64,000 nt of DNA from Chiloscyllium plagiosum. Taxonomy: Eukaryota. The translations under genes were made by a program, and so were the position numbers. This document shows positions 49,139 through 61,549 of this stretch, in pieces (position 1 is the stretch's first letter; each line of letters opens with the position of its first letter). The stretch lies in contig NC_057752.1 of NCBI RefSeq assembly GCF_004010195.1, forward strand, positions 13,101,357 through 13,165,356, read 5' to 3'. Under the pieces are notes generated by a model. It saw nothing but the letters and a program-made list of their open reading frames with translations. It searched no databases and was not told the DNA's origin.

Positions 49139-51940
49139 AACAGTTCCTTCTGTTTCGCAAAGGTCCAGTGTAACGTTGTCTTGCCTATTACTTTGAACAG
49201 GATACCCAAGATGGAAATTCTACCAAGGTTGACACCAACGGTCACAAGCATAGGAGCCAAGACAAGCTGGACAAGAGCAAGCAATAAAGTAGCTTCTTGG
49301 TTTTTCTCTTCTGTTTGCTTAGAGGAAGTTAGGTTCAGGAGCGCACAGTGTGGGTCAGCTCCCCGTTTTTAATTCTTCACCCACGAACCCAATTTGCTGA
49401 AGGTTTGGCAAACTTTGGCACCTTGCATCAATTGTGCACCTTTAGCCCAAGGGTTGTGCTCCGGGACAACCAACTCCGAGTCATGGAAAATCAAGGGTAT
49501 TGTGCTGCCATTGTCATGTCACCTGGGTGTACGTTTTTATGATGGCTTGTCTGAAGGTCCTCAGTTGTTCTGAATCAATAAGTGTCCCTCTGTGGAACAC
49601 CCAAACCCTGGCTGCTACCGAAGGACTGACTGGCAGGGTCCTTCTGTAGAGGGGGGATGTCTCCGATTTGAGATTTTGAAAGGGCATTCTGCTGAGGGAT
49701 TTCAATTCAGTCAAAGGATTGAAAATCACTTGTATCCTGTAACGCTGAAATGGACCATCCTGATCACTTAAGGAGCTTTTTGTGTTATTTTCAAAATATC
49801 CACAAGGAGTCACAAACGCCAATACTCCAAGCAACATCCATGTCTGACAACACTTCATCCCATTAATCGCCCTGTGCCTTTCCCATAGAACTGAAACAGT
49901 GGAATCATAGCTGTTGCATTGTCGTTGAACAATCAATCCATCCATGTAACATCTGACAGCTCCAGAATATCCTTGCTTCATCACTCTGCACTGGTGATAT
50001 CACAACGTCAGGAAGATTTGTGCCCAGTTCAATATTTCCTGGCAGATTGCACAATGCTTTTGACTTCTGGAATTGGTGTCTGAGCCGGCGAAATGAGGCC
50101 TCTGGCACAGGCAGGGGCAAACACCAAAACCGAGAAAGTACCAATTGACTCTTTTTGTGGTCTAAGCTTTGTATATGAAGACCATTTTCAATTTTTTGGA
50201 TCTTCTCTGGTTTGAATTTATAAACATTTCTAATCATGCTGTTGTACCTTTCATTTTCCCAGATTCTAAATCTTCCTTTTTGTTTGAAAATCGCGGCTGC
50301 GCTCCATTCTGCACCCTTCCTCACTCCAGTGGTGTGCCTTGAGGCCCACCACTTTGCACTAGTTGTCCAAAAAGTGGTCGGTACCTTTTATTTTCCCAGA
50401 CACTAAGTCTTCATCGTGGCAATCTGCTACTCCGCAGGCTGTTCCTTTCATGTCAGTTCACCCAAATGTCTCCATCCCTGTGCTAACCAAGCCTGCAGGT
50501 TCTGTGCTCCTTGATCATGTTGCTGCTGTCAAATTGGTAATTCGGCCGAGGTAATGAAAGTAAAGCACCAATATCGTGGTAGCTGGCTGAAGGTGGAAAC
50601 TCAGCAAAAAAAGGGCAACATCAACGTTATAAGAACATCTTTTAAGTATTGTTGAGGCTGGATCATTAATGTTTAGATGCTACACTCCAACTGTGAACTG
50701 GTAGAATTTGATGTTACTGTTTTAGCCCTTGGCACTTGGTCAAAAGCATGATCCTGCAGTCATTCTGATGGTGGGAGTCAGGGATCCATCTCGTCCCTTG
50801 ACTGGACTGAGGGCGTTTCATGATTTTTGCCTTTCTTTCATGAGATGTGGGTGCCACTGGCTAACTCAGTACTTACTGCCCATGAGAGCTATTGAAAGTG
50901 AGCTATATCGGCCATGGGTCTGAGAGTCACATGTAGGCCAAGACCGGGTAAGGACAGTAGATTTCCCACCCCAAAGGTCATGAGTGAACGAGATATGGTT
51001 TTCACAACAATCAATAATGGTGTCATGGTCACCATTAATAAGACCAACGTTTTTTCCCCCACATTAATTAGCTCAATTTAAATTGACCCAAATGGATTTG
51101 AACCCATGACCTGAGACCATTAGCCTGGGACTTTGTGGGTAGTTAAGAGTCAAATCACATTGGCTGTGGATCTGGAGTCACATGTAGGTGCAGATCAGGT
51201 GAGGATGACAGATTTCCCTCCCGAAAAGAGCATTCGTGAACCAGATGGGTTTTTACAACAAATTAACAATGGTTACATGGTCATTGTAGACTTTCAATTC
51301 CAGATATTTATTGAATTCAAATTTCCCCATCTGCCTTGGTGGGATTTGAACCATGGATGCCTAGTCCAGTGACATCAGCATTAGTACTGCCTCCCCTTTC
51401 TGTGATAAGAACTGGTTAGGCAAAGGATTTAGATGTAACCAGTTTGTAGTCACCAGCAGCTGGGATGAGGGTGCTTTACTCCCTGGTATCATGTAAGGTG
51501 TGGAAAATTTGCACTTTACCAAGTAATTGGTGGCGGTTTGAGAGCAAGCTTTGAGTTTCTCTGCCATTTCCTGACACAAATCAGTGCTGAGAAAACACCC
51601 AAGAGATATGCAAATGCAACAGCCTGCCTAATTAAAGTCAAAATATAAAAAGGATGTTGCTTATCTATCAAGAGACCAGCTAAAGTTCCTGGTTCTGTTG
51701 CCACTGATTTCAGCTCTGGTCTCCTCATTTTGGGAATGCTGCTTTGTGGTGGGTTGTATGCTATTCCACAGCTGCTGAAGTGCCTCTGTTACTGAACTCA
51801 AGGAAGCATTTGCTATCTGTAACCCGGGGCAAGGAGAGTGTGGGCTATTCAATCACAGAGACCATTCAAAGTTTGGGAGAAGATTTGTAGCTCGGGTGCT
51901 CGTTGTTGTGGTTCTGTTCGCCGAGCTGGGAATTTGTGTT

Positions 51941-51980
51941 GCAGATGTTTCGTCCCCTGTCTAGGTGACATCCTCAGTGC
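51941..51980 (-). ncRNA. Minimal type-I hammerhead ribozyme motif, second copy
   Basis: Reverse complement gca-CUGAGGA-u-GUCACCU-agac-AGGGGAC-GAAA-C-AUC-ugc. Confidence 0.7.
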
Positions 51981-53401
51981 TTGGGAGCCTCCTGTGAAGT
52001 GCTTCTGTGATCTTTCCTCCAGCATTTATAGTGGCCTGTCCCTGCCACTTCCGGTTGTCAGTTCAGCTGTCCGTTGAAGTGGCCGGTATATTAGGTCCAC
52101 GTCGATGTGCTTATTGATTGAATCTGTGGATAAGTGCCATGCCTCTAGGAATTCCTTGGCTGTTCTCTGTTTGGCTTGTCCTATAATAGTAGTGTTGTCC
52201 CAGTCGAACTCATGTTGCTTGTCATCTGCATGTGTGGCTACTAAGGATAGCTGGTCGTGTCGTTTTATGGCTAGTTGGTGTTCGTAGATGGTTGTCCTTT
52301 TCTTCCTCTCTAGTGAATCGGATTCCTGTGAGTGTGGCGTTGATGATCCGGTGTGTGTTCTCTATTTCTGTGTTTTTAATGATTACAAAGGTGTCATCAA
52401 CGTATCTGACGCAGAGTTTGGGTTGAATTTTCAGTAAGACTGAACAAATCAACGGCACACCATGGGCTCACCCACCTCTGGACTCATAGCAGAAGCAGTA
52501 ATGCAAAGATTAGAACAAACAGTCTTACCGCAACGCCACACTCACAGGAATCCGATTCACTAGAGAGGAAGAAAAGGACAACCAACTCCCATTCCTAGAC
52601 GTGAGGGTACAGAGAACACCTAACGGAGAATTCACCACAAAGGTACACAGGAAAGCCACACACACAGACCTAGTCCTGAACTACGAAAGCAACCACCTCA
52701 ATACACACAAAAGACGTTGCATCAAGACCCTGTTCAAAAGGACCAAAACACACTGCAGTACACCAGAACTGCAAAAAGAGGAAGAAGAACACCTATACAA
52801 TGTATTCGCCAAAAACAGATATCCCGCAATTTCATCAACAGATTTCCTAAGGGAACGAGGACATGCGGCAACCCAAAGGACGAGCCACACTACCCGACAT
52901 CAAGAGCATTTCCGAACTGACAGCCAGACTACTGCGACCACTAGGACTCATAACAGCACACAAACCAACAGTCACTCTCAGACAACAACTCACCAGAATG
53001 AAGGATGAGCAAAACCAATGTAGTGTACAAAATCCCATGCAAGGACTGCACAAAACACTACATAGGACAACCAGGAAGACAGCTAACGATCCACATCCAT
53101 GAACACCAACTAGCCACGAAACGACACGACCAGCTATCCTTAGTAGCCACACGCAGATGACAAGCAACATGAGTTCGACTGGGACAACACTACAATTAAA
53201 GGACAAACCAAACAGAGAACAGCCAGGGAATTCCTAGAGGCATGGCACTCATCCACTGATTCAATCAATAAGCACATCGCGTGGACCCAATATACCGACC
53301 ACTGCAGCGGACAGCTGGAACTGACAACCGGAAGCGGCAGAGACAAACCACTATAAATGCCGGAGGAAACATCACAGAAGCGCTTCACAGGAGGCTCCCA
53401 A

Positions 53402-53441
53402 GCACTGAGGATGTCACCTAGACAGGGGATGAAACGTCTGC
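53402..53441 (+). ncRNA. Minimal type-I hammerhead ribozyme motif (Penelope pLTR)
   Basis: gca-CUGAGGA-u-GUCACCU-agac-AGGGGAU-GAAA-C-GUC-ugc. Core, stem II, short stem I and palindromic ACGU stem III are present. Confidence 0.75.
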
Positions 53442-54124
53442 AACACAAATTCCCAGCTCGACGAACAGAACCATAACACAGAGATCATTGGCAATTGCAT
53501 TCTCCCCCAGTGTCAATGCATGCACAGAAATCACTGCATGCCTAGCGGGAATAAGATCTGTGATTTTTTTTTTGCCTCTATGTATCATTGCTGAAACCAC
53601 ATCACGTGACCAGCCTTCAGTCTAAGGATCAGTTTGAGTTGTCAATTTGCAGACTGAATAGTGGACTCAATCTCCCAAGTTTTAAAATCTACACATAGAT
53701 GGGACGTGGGTGTCACTGGCTGGGTCAGCACTTATTGCTCGTCCTTAGTTGCCCCTTGAGAACCATGTATTTACAAGTGAAGCGCCTTAAGGGCAATGCA
53801 AACCATCAAAGCTGAGGGGGAGGGAGGGAGGAGGAAGGGAAGGGACTAAATCAAAATGGAGTCAGAGGGGGGAATAAAGCATTACCTTCCACACATGCAC
53901 GCGCGCGCGCGGCCTCCCCTCTCCCCCCAGTGCCCACCTCTCTCAAGTGGCATCAAGAGCACAGAACCCAGCGGGTTTTTTTTCCCCTTTGTTTTTACGG
54001 AACCTCTGACACTAGTGTTCATTTATTTTGTCTGACACTCCTCTCTTCCCCCCCGCCCCCCCCCACCCCACTACCACCTAGCTGTGGTACTGCTCATCTT
54101 TTTCCTCAGCACCCATGTTGTGTG

Positions 54125-54589
54125 CGTGCAGGTGAGAGACACAGTGAAAGACAACAGGTGTACAAATCTTTATTCAAATTCCCACCCCAGGAAGAAAGGA
54201 AACACCCGAGTGGCCAGTGACAAGCAGTGCCCTTCACATCAAAGGGCAATGCTGTATGATCAAACAGTAAAGGGGAGGGCAGGAATTAAATCAAAATAGA
54301 GTTAGAGGGGGAAATAATGCACTCCATTCCCTGCGGTGCCCACCTCTCCCTGAACAACTCCAGGGTGTTGGTGGAGACCGCGTGCTCTTTCTCCAAGGAC
54401 ACCTGGGCTCTAATGTAACCGCGGAAGAGGGGCAGGCAGTCAGCCCTAACGACCCCCTCCACAGCCCGTTGCCTGGACCGGTTTATGGCCAGTTTGGCCA
54501 GGCCCAGGAGCAGACCCACGCAGAGGTGCTCTAACCTACCCTCCCCCCTCCGTATCGGGTGTGAACCCAGCTCTTAAATACAAAGGCCA
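54125..54589 (-). mobile_element. Tx1/L1-clade non-LTR retrotransposon 3' end; older related piece at about 53780-53945
   Basis: ORF 54286..54519 LLLGLAKLAINRSR...FRGYIRA.VSLE......FRERW resembles a Tx1 ORF2 C-terminus. Minus-strand AATAAA at about 54169-54174. Confidence 0.65.
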
Positions 54590-55089
54590 NNNNNNNNNNN
54601 NNNNNNNNNNNNNNNNNNNNNNNNNNNNNNNNNNNNNNNNNNNNNNNNNNNNNNNNNNNNNNNNNNNNNNNNNNNNNNNNNNNNNNNNNNNNNNNNNNNN
54701 NNNNNNNNNNNNNNNNNNNNNNNNNNNNNNNNNNNNNNNNNNNNNNNNNNNNNNNNNNNNNNNNNNNNNNNNNNNNNNNNNNNNNNNNNNNNNNNNNNNN
54801 NNNNNNNNNNNNNNNNNNNNNNNNNNNNNNNNNNNNNNNNNNNNNNNNNNNNNNNNNNNNNNNNNNNNNNNNNNNNNNNNNNNNNNNNNNNNNNNNNNNN
54901 NNNNNNNNNNNNNNNNNNNNNNNNNNNNNNNNNNNNNNNNNNNNNNNNNNNNNNNNNNNNNNNNNNNNNNNNNNNNNNNNNNNNNNNNNNNNNNNNNNNN
55001 NNNNNNNNNNNNNNNNNNNNNNNNNNNNNNNNNNNNNNNNNNNNNNNNNNNNNNNNNNNNNNNNNNNNNNNNNNNNNNNNNNNNNNNNN
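54590..55089. other. Assembly gap (N run)
   Basis: Run of n. Confidence 1.
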
Positions 55090-55992
55090 AATGTGGCCCA
55101 CCCACTGCTGAGTATTTTCTATGTATCATATTCCTGTATATGCATGTTTTAATAAAATATTGTCTATTAAAGAAATGTTGAAATGGAGTACAATGCTGTT
55201 GTATCATATATCAAATTAAAATTGAAAATCTTTTTAAAAAAAATTTAAAGGGAGTTTGCTCTTTCTTTGTTGCTCAGGACAGGTAAGTGATGAAGGTAAA
55301 ATACTTCCCCTGAAGACAGCTGAAGATTTGAAAGAAAGACTAGTATTTGTAGAAACAACGGAACATTGTATTTTGCAGCTTTAACATGATAAAACCATAA
55401 CAGTCATGAAATGTTTTTCAAGTAAGTCAAATTTGACACCGAGTAATGAGAGATAAGATCGAGAAGAGGGGCAGCCTAGTTAAAGGGGCTTTTAAGTGGT
55501 AACCTTAAAAAGGAGAGAGAATTCCGCAGCTAAAATCAGAGCAAGCTTTGGTGGTGCAAATATATCAAAGCCAAATATCGCGGATGCTGGAAATCGGGAA
55601 CAAAACCAGAATTCACTGCAGTAACTCAGCAGGTCTGGCAGCATCTGTGGAGAGAGAGCGGAGTTAAATGTTTCAGAACTCAAAAGTTTTGGAGAAAACT
55701 CTTTCTCTCTCCACAGGTGCTGCAAACAGCAATAGGGATGTTTAAGAAGCCAGCGCAAAGGTGATTGAAGGGTGTTGGAGATTTTCTAACCAGCCTGTGC
55801 AGGGATGTTATGATACACTTCTGGAGCAGATGGGACTTGAAGTCAGCCCTCCTGGCTCAGAGGGAGAGGTACGAACATGCTGCTAGAGATTAAAGACATA
55901 GGGAAGGACAAGACCATGGAGGATCTGAAAAATGGAGTATTTTAAAATCGAGGTATTGAGTTAGCCGTCGTGATCTCATGACATCTCAAAAC

Positions 55993-57780
55993 AGAGTCAC
56001 AGAGACGTACAGCACAGAAACAGACCCTTCGCTCCAACTCATCCATGTCGACCAGATATCCTAATCTAATCTAGTCCCATTTGCCAGCACTTGGCCCATA
56101 TCCCTCTAAACCATTCCTATTCATATACCCATCCAGATGCCTGTTAACTGTTGCAATTGTTCCAGCCTCCACCATTTCCTCTGGCAGCTCATTCCATACA
56201 TGCACCACCTTCTGTGTGAAAAAGCTGCCCCTTAGGGTCGCTTTTATATCTTTCCCCTCTCACCCTAAACCAATGCCCTCCAGTTTTGGACTCCCTCAGC
56301 CTGGGGAAAAGACCTTGTCTATTTACCCTATCTGCCCCTCATGATTTTATAAACCTCTAGAAGGTCACCCCTCAGCCTCCAACACTCCAGGGAAAACAGC
56401 CCCAGCCTGTCCAGCCTTCCTATAGCTCAAACCCTCCAACCCTGGCAACATCCTTGTAAATCTTTTCTGAACCCTTTCAAGTTTCACAACATCTTTCCTG
56501 CAGATGGGAGAGCAGATTTGCACGCAATATTCCAACAGTGGTCTAACCAATGTACTGTACAGCCACAACATGACCTCCCAACTCCTGTACTCAATACTCT
56601 GACCAATAAAGGAAAGCATACCAAAACACCTTCACTATCCTATCTACGTGCGACTCCACTTTCAAGGAGCTATGAACCTGCACTCCAAGGTCTCTTTGTT
56701 CAGCAACACTCCCAGGACCTTACCATTAAGTGTATAAATTCTGCCCTGATTTGCCTTTCCAAAATGCAGCACCTCACATTTATCTAAATTAAACTCCATC
56801 TGCCACTCCTCAGCCCATTGGCCCATCTGACCAAGATCCTGTTGTACTCTAAGGTTACCTTCTTCACTCTCCACTACACCTCCAATTTTGGTGTCACCTG
56901 CAAACTTACTAAGTAGAGGACCCAGCATCGATCCTTGTGGCACTCTACTGGTCACAGGCCTCCAGTCTGAAAAACAACCCTCCAACACCACCCTCTGTTT
57001 TCTACCTTTGAGCCAGTTCTGTATCCACATGGCTAGTTCGCCCTTTATTCCATGAGATCTAACCTTGCTAATCAGTCTCCCATGGGGAACCTTGTCAAAT
57101 GCCTTACTGAAGTCCATATAGATCACATCTACTGCTCTGCCCTCATCACTATCCACAATAAACACTGATGCAAAATATTCATTTAGTATCTCTCCCATCT
57201 CCTGTGGCTCCACACAAAGACCACCTTGCTGATCTTTGAAGGGTCCTATTCTCTCCCTAGTTACTCTTTTGTGCTTAATGTATTTATAGAATCCCTTTGG
57301 ATTTTCCTTAACCCTATTTGCCAGAACTATGTCTCCTTTTTGCCCTCCTGATTTCCCTCTTAAGTATACGCCTACTGCCTTTATATTCTTTTCGGGATTC
57401 ACTCAATCTATCCTGTCTATACCTGACATATGCTTCCTTCTTTTTCTTAATCACAACCTCAACTTCTCATGTGCAAACATCTGCCCCCAGTCAGCTTTCG
57501 AAAGTTCTTGCCTAATACCGTCAAAATTACCCTTCCTCCAATTTAGAACTTCAACTTTTAGATCTGGCCTATCCTTTTCCATCACTATTTTAAATCTAAT
57601 AGGATTATGGTCACTGGCCCCAAAGTGCTCCCCCCACTGACACCTCAGTCACCTGCCCTGCCTTATTTCCCAAGAGTAGGTCACGTTTTGCACTTTCTCT
57701 AGTAGATACATCCACATAGTGAATCAGAAAAAGTTTTCTTGTACACACTTAAATTCCTCTCCATCTAAACCCTTAACACA
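55993..57780 (-). mobile_element. CR1/HER1 LINE with internal deletions
   Basis: ORFs 56662..57402 (KENPKGFYKY..DFSKAFDKVPH..VPQGSMLGP) and 56365..56619. Confidence 0.9.
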
Positions 57781-59294
57781 CCACAGTCAACTCAGTGCTT
57801 TCGAAGGATGGGTCACTGTTGCTATATAAAAGAAGTGCAGCTGTCAATTTGCACACAACAGTCTCACAGATGAGTTACTGACCAGATAGTAGGTTTCCTG
57901 AGATGCTGACATCAGAGGTGAGAACACCCATTCAAAATGATGTAAAACAACCACGGTGCATGCAGTTGATAGGACCTTCATCTCATCCAAGTATCAGTAA
58001 CTCCAGACACACTGAAATGTCAACTTAATATTTTACACTTGGGCCTGTAAGGAGGAATGGATCAAAAGCTCTCAGAGGCAGAAGCAAGAGTGCAAACCAT
58101 CACAAGGGGGTAAATTTGGCACCTGTGTAAAACAAGGGGGCATGTATGGCAAAACGACAAAACCAAGCTCAAATTACCTAACTAAAAACCTGCTTCCCCT
58201 TCCTGTTCATGAAAAGGAACTATAAAAGGATCACTGGAGCTGAAACATTAAATCTGATTTCTCTCCACAGATGCTGCCAGACCTGATTAGATTAAATTAG
58301 ATTTCCTACAGTGTGGAAACAGGCCGTTCGGCCCAACCAGTCCACGCCGACCCTCCGAAGAGTAATGCACCCAGACCGATTTCCCTCTGACTAATGCACC
58401 TAACACTACGGGCAATTTAGCATTGCCAATTCACCCTGACCTGCACATCTTTGGACAGTACAAGGAAACCGGAGCACCCAGGGGACACCCATGCAGACAT
58501 GGGGAGAATGTCTGTTTGGAGTTTGCACAGCTGCCAGAGGCTTGAATCGAACCTGGGACCCTGGTGTTGTGATACAGCAGTGCTAACAACTAAGCTTTTC
58601 CAGCAATTTCTGTTTTTGTTGCTATAGACTTAGGGACTCAGTGAAAACAAAGCAGATGGTCAGTGACCCAGGTCTTGACAGGGGGCATTGAATTGGAGGT
58701 GGTGCACGTGAAACATAAATGCCAGCATTCACCAACTGGGCCAAACAGTCTGTTTCTGTGGTGTAACTTCTTTGTTCAATAGATAAAAAAAAATTGGATA
58801 TTGCTATTGGACACATGCTTAATGGGTTTGTATGCTATGCCCATTTCAGCACAGTGATTGCACGGAAAGAGGTCAGCAACGTCTGTACGGTTCTATTGAG
58901 CATCTGCCATTTTAGTGCAGGCCTGAAGTATGTGAGTTGTTGTGTAATTGCTACATCAGCAGACCAAGGAATGCCACAATATACCCTCATCAGGTTTGGT
59001 TCACAAATGCCTCAAACTTGCATGACAGTACAAATCCAAAGATACGCGTTTAAAAGTTCACCCAGTCATCAGGAAGGGCTATTTGCTCATGTTTAAAAAC
59101 GAGCTAAACATTTCACAGGGTTTGTAGACGGACATTGCCACTCCTTGCCTTAACTGTTTAATCCCATATTCTGACAATTTGCCGCTCCAGTCAACACACT
59201 GCTCCCCCTCAGGAGTTATATTCTTGCACAAGTTGGCATCCTCGTGACCCATGAGAATAAAGATTTCAATGTGATTTTGGTTTCTGAAACAACC

Positions 59295-59375
59295 TTTTCC
59301 AGGATATTATAACACACCTCTGGGACTTAAACCCAGACCTTCTGGCTTAGAGACAGAGTCACTACCACACAAGAC
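59295..59375 (-). mobile_element. Short tRNA-derived SINE family C; similar pieces at about 28715-28795 and 55795-55885
   Basis: Shared gggactt(g/a)aacc..ctggct(c/t)agag..ag.g.cactacca, the reverse complement of tRNA A/B boxes. Confidence 0.5.
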
Positions 59376-61549
59376 TTCAACTTCACACTATCTTTTGTTA
59401 AATCAGACAGTGCTGTTTCCTCAGGCAACACTCATGATCAACCATATTCTTATACTACCACCTAGAGGAAATAACATAAAAATGACTTGTGAAGAAGTTA
59501 TCTTCCCATGAATGGAAGCTTACTCTCAGACAGTACATTCCAGACCCTAACCCCTCATGTGAACCTGCCTCCCCCCCACCACACTCTCAGGCACGACCTT
59601 CCAGACTGTAACCTCTCGTGTGAACCTCCCTACCTTCCCCTCCCCACCCCCCACACTCAGGCAGTGCATTCCAGAGCCTAACCACTTGAGTGAGCTTAGA
59701 GGTTTATAAAATCATGAGGGGCATAGATAAGGTGAATAGCAAGTATGTTTCCCCCCACCACCACCACCAACGTACCATCTCAAAATGCTATCTGATATTC
59801 ATTTTTCACCGTTACGCTATTATGATTTAACTCCTGTTAACTAATGTAACATATATCCACTAGAGACATTTATCAAACAATTTGTACCAATTTATTTGTC
59901 TCTTGTTATCTTTAAATGTTCATTTCCAAGCAATGATATCTAACTTTCTAGAGTTGAACTGAACTATGAAGTGTGGCTCAGTAAAAACCACACTGAAGAG
60001 CAGAAACTTGCACTGTTCATATAATTGATCATGTACAATTTTTATAATCAAACAATCGATTGGTTTAACATTCCAGTTTCCATAAAAACTGCTCCTTGGC
60101 CAAGTTGCAGCTTTGAAAAGGTTCAATACTATTTTCCAATCACATAAGCCACTGCATCAGCTCTCAACGAACATGCAGCAGTTTCGACTTGAAATTCTCT
60201 GCACCCAGAATCATTACCTTAAATAGTTACAAGAGTATTTTAGTTACAAGACGAGTAGGGGCAAGGTGATGGCCTGGTGATATTCTTGCTAGACTGTTAA
60301 TCCAGAAATCCAGGTAATATTCTGGGGACCTGGGTTCAAATCCCACCAGAGCAGATAATGGAAGTTGAATTCAATTAAAAAAAAAAAACTGGAATTAAAA
60401 GTCTAACAAATCACCATAAATTAATTGTTGGAAAAACCCATCTGGTTCACCAATGCCTTTTAGGGAAGGAAACTGCCATCCTTACCTGGTCTGGCCTACA
60501 TGTGACTCCAGACCCATAGCAATGAGGTTGACTCTTAGCTGCCCTCTAGGATGGACACGAAAAGCTGGTGTAGCCAACGATGCCCACATTCCATGAATGA
60601 ACAGAAAGCGAAGGAATAAAAGTCAGTACGGACACATCAAGTATAAAGTTTACTTGAAGCATTACCAACTGCTAATACCCAATCAATGCATTCAGATTAA
60701 ACAGAACTAGGATAAGGCAGCACAATGGAGCAACATGTGTGAATTTGATATTATTTAGTGGGTAGAGCTGGACACACAGTAGTCAAGGTGCTATTTGACC
60801 TGGTCGAGGACATTATTGACACTCTAGCTGTGGTGCAACAGATGGATGGACCAGAGAGGCACAACTACACTGTAGGTTTTTTTTTGTGTGTGGGGAGCCT
60901 CTTAAACATAGTGAGCATTGCTCAAAGTCAGCAGCTTACTGAATCCAGACTAGCATCGAGGTAATGAACATTTTGCAAAGCTAGTTGTTTAAGGTCAGCA
61001 AATGATTATAAATTCAAGTTGCATTTTGTGGAGTTGAATAGAATGAAGGAGCTTGGGATGAAAAAAAGTTGCTCAGGGAAAAGCAAGGCTCTTCCTCAAA
61101 ACAGGATCTCAGTTTGCAACTCTTCCCTAGTTGACAAAATCTAACATTGATTGTAGTGAAACGTATGTTCAGCTGTCCATTACCCCCTCCCCTTTAAACA
61201 GCAGCACAGTGGCTCAGTGATTAGCACTACTGCCTTACAGCACCAGGGTCCCAAGTTCAATTCCAGCCTCAGGCAACTGTCTGTGTGGGTTTCCTCTCAC
61301 AACTCAAAGATGTGCAGGTTAGGGTGAATTGGCCATGCTAAATTGCCCATGGGTGTTTAGGGAAGTGTAGGTTAGGTGCATTAGTCAGGGGGAAATTTAG
61401 GATAATAGGGTAGGGGAATGAGTCTGGGTGGGTTACTCTTCAGAAGGTCAGTGTGGACTTGTTGGGCTGAATGCCCTGTTTCCACACTGTAGGGAATCTA
61501 CGATCTTAAGAGGCTTCACTTCATACACAAAATGCCTCAAAACACCCTC

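Larger units (their letters stand above)
51867..53476. mobile_element. Penelope-like retroelement, fold-back (inverted) insertion with 13-bp TSD
   Basis: RT motifs GTPMGSP (+, about 52455) and RYVDDTF (-, ORF 52222..52458). GIY-YIG NVVYKIPCKDCTKHYIGQ..R.HEH..REFLEAW (+, about 53017-53260). Arms are reverse complements. Flanks cacagagaccatt (51854-51866) and cacagagatcatt (53477-53489). Confidence 0.9.

Noticed and set aside
49514..50324. Two overlapping minus-strand ORFs (156 and 139 aa) in unique sequence
   Set aside because: No recognisable domain, no convincing exon structure, and length compatible with chance.
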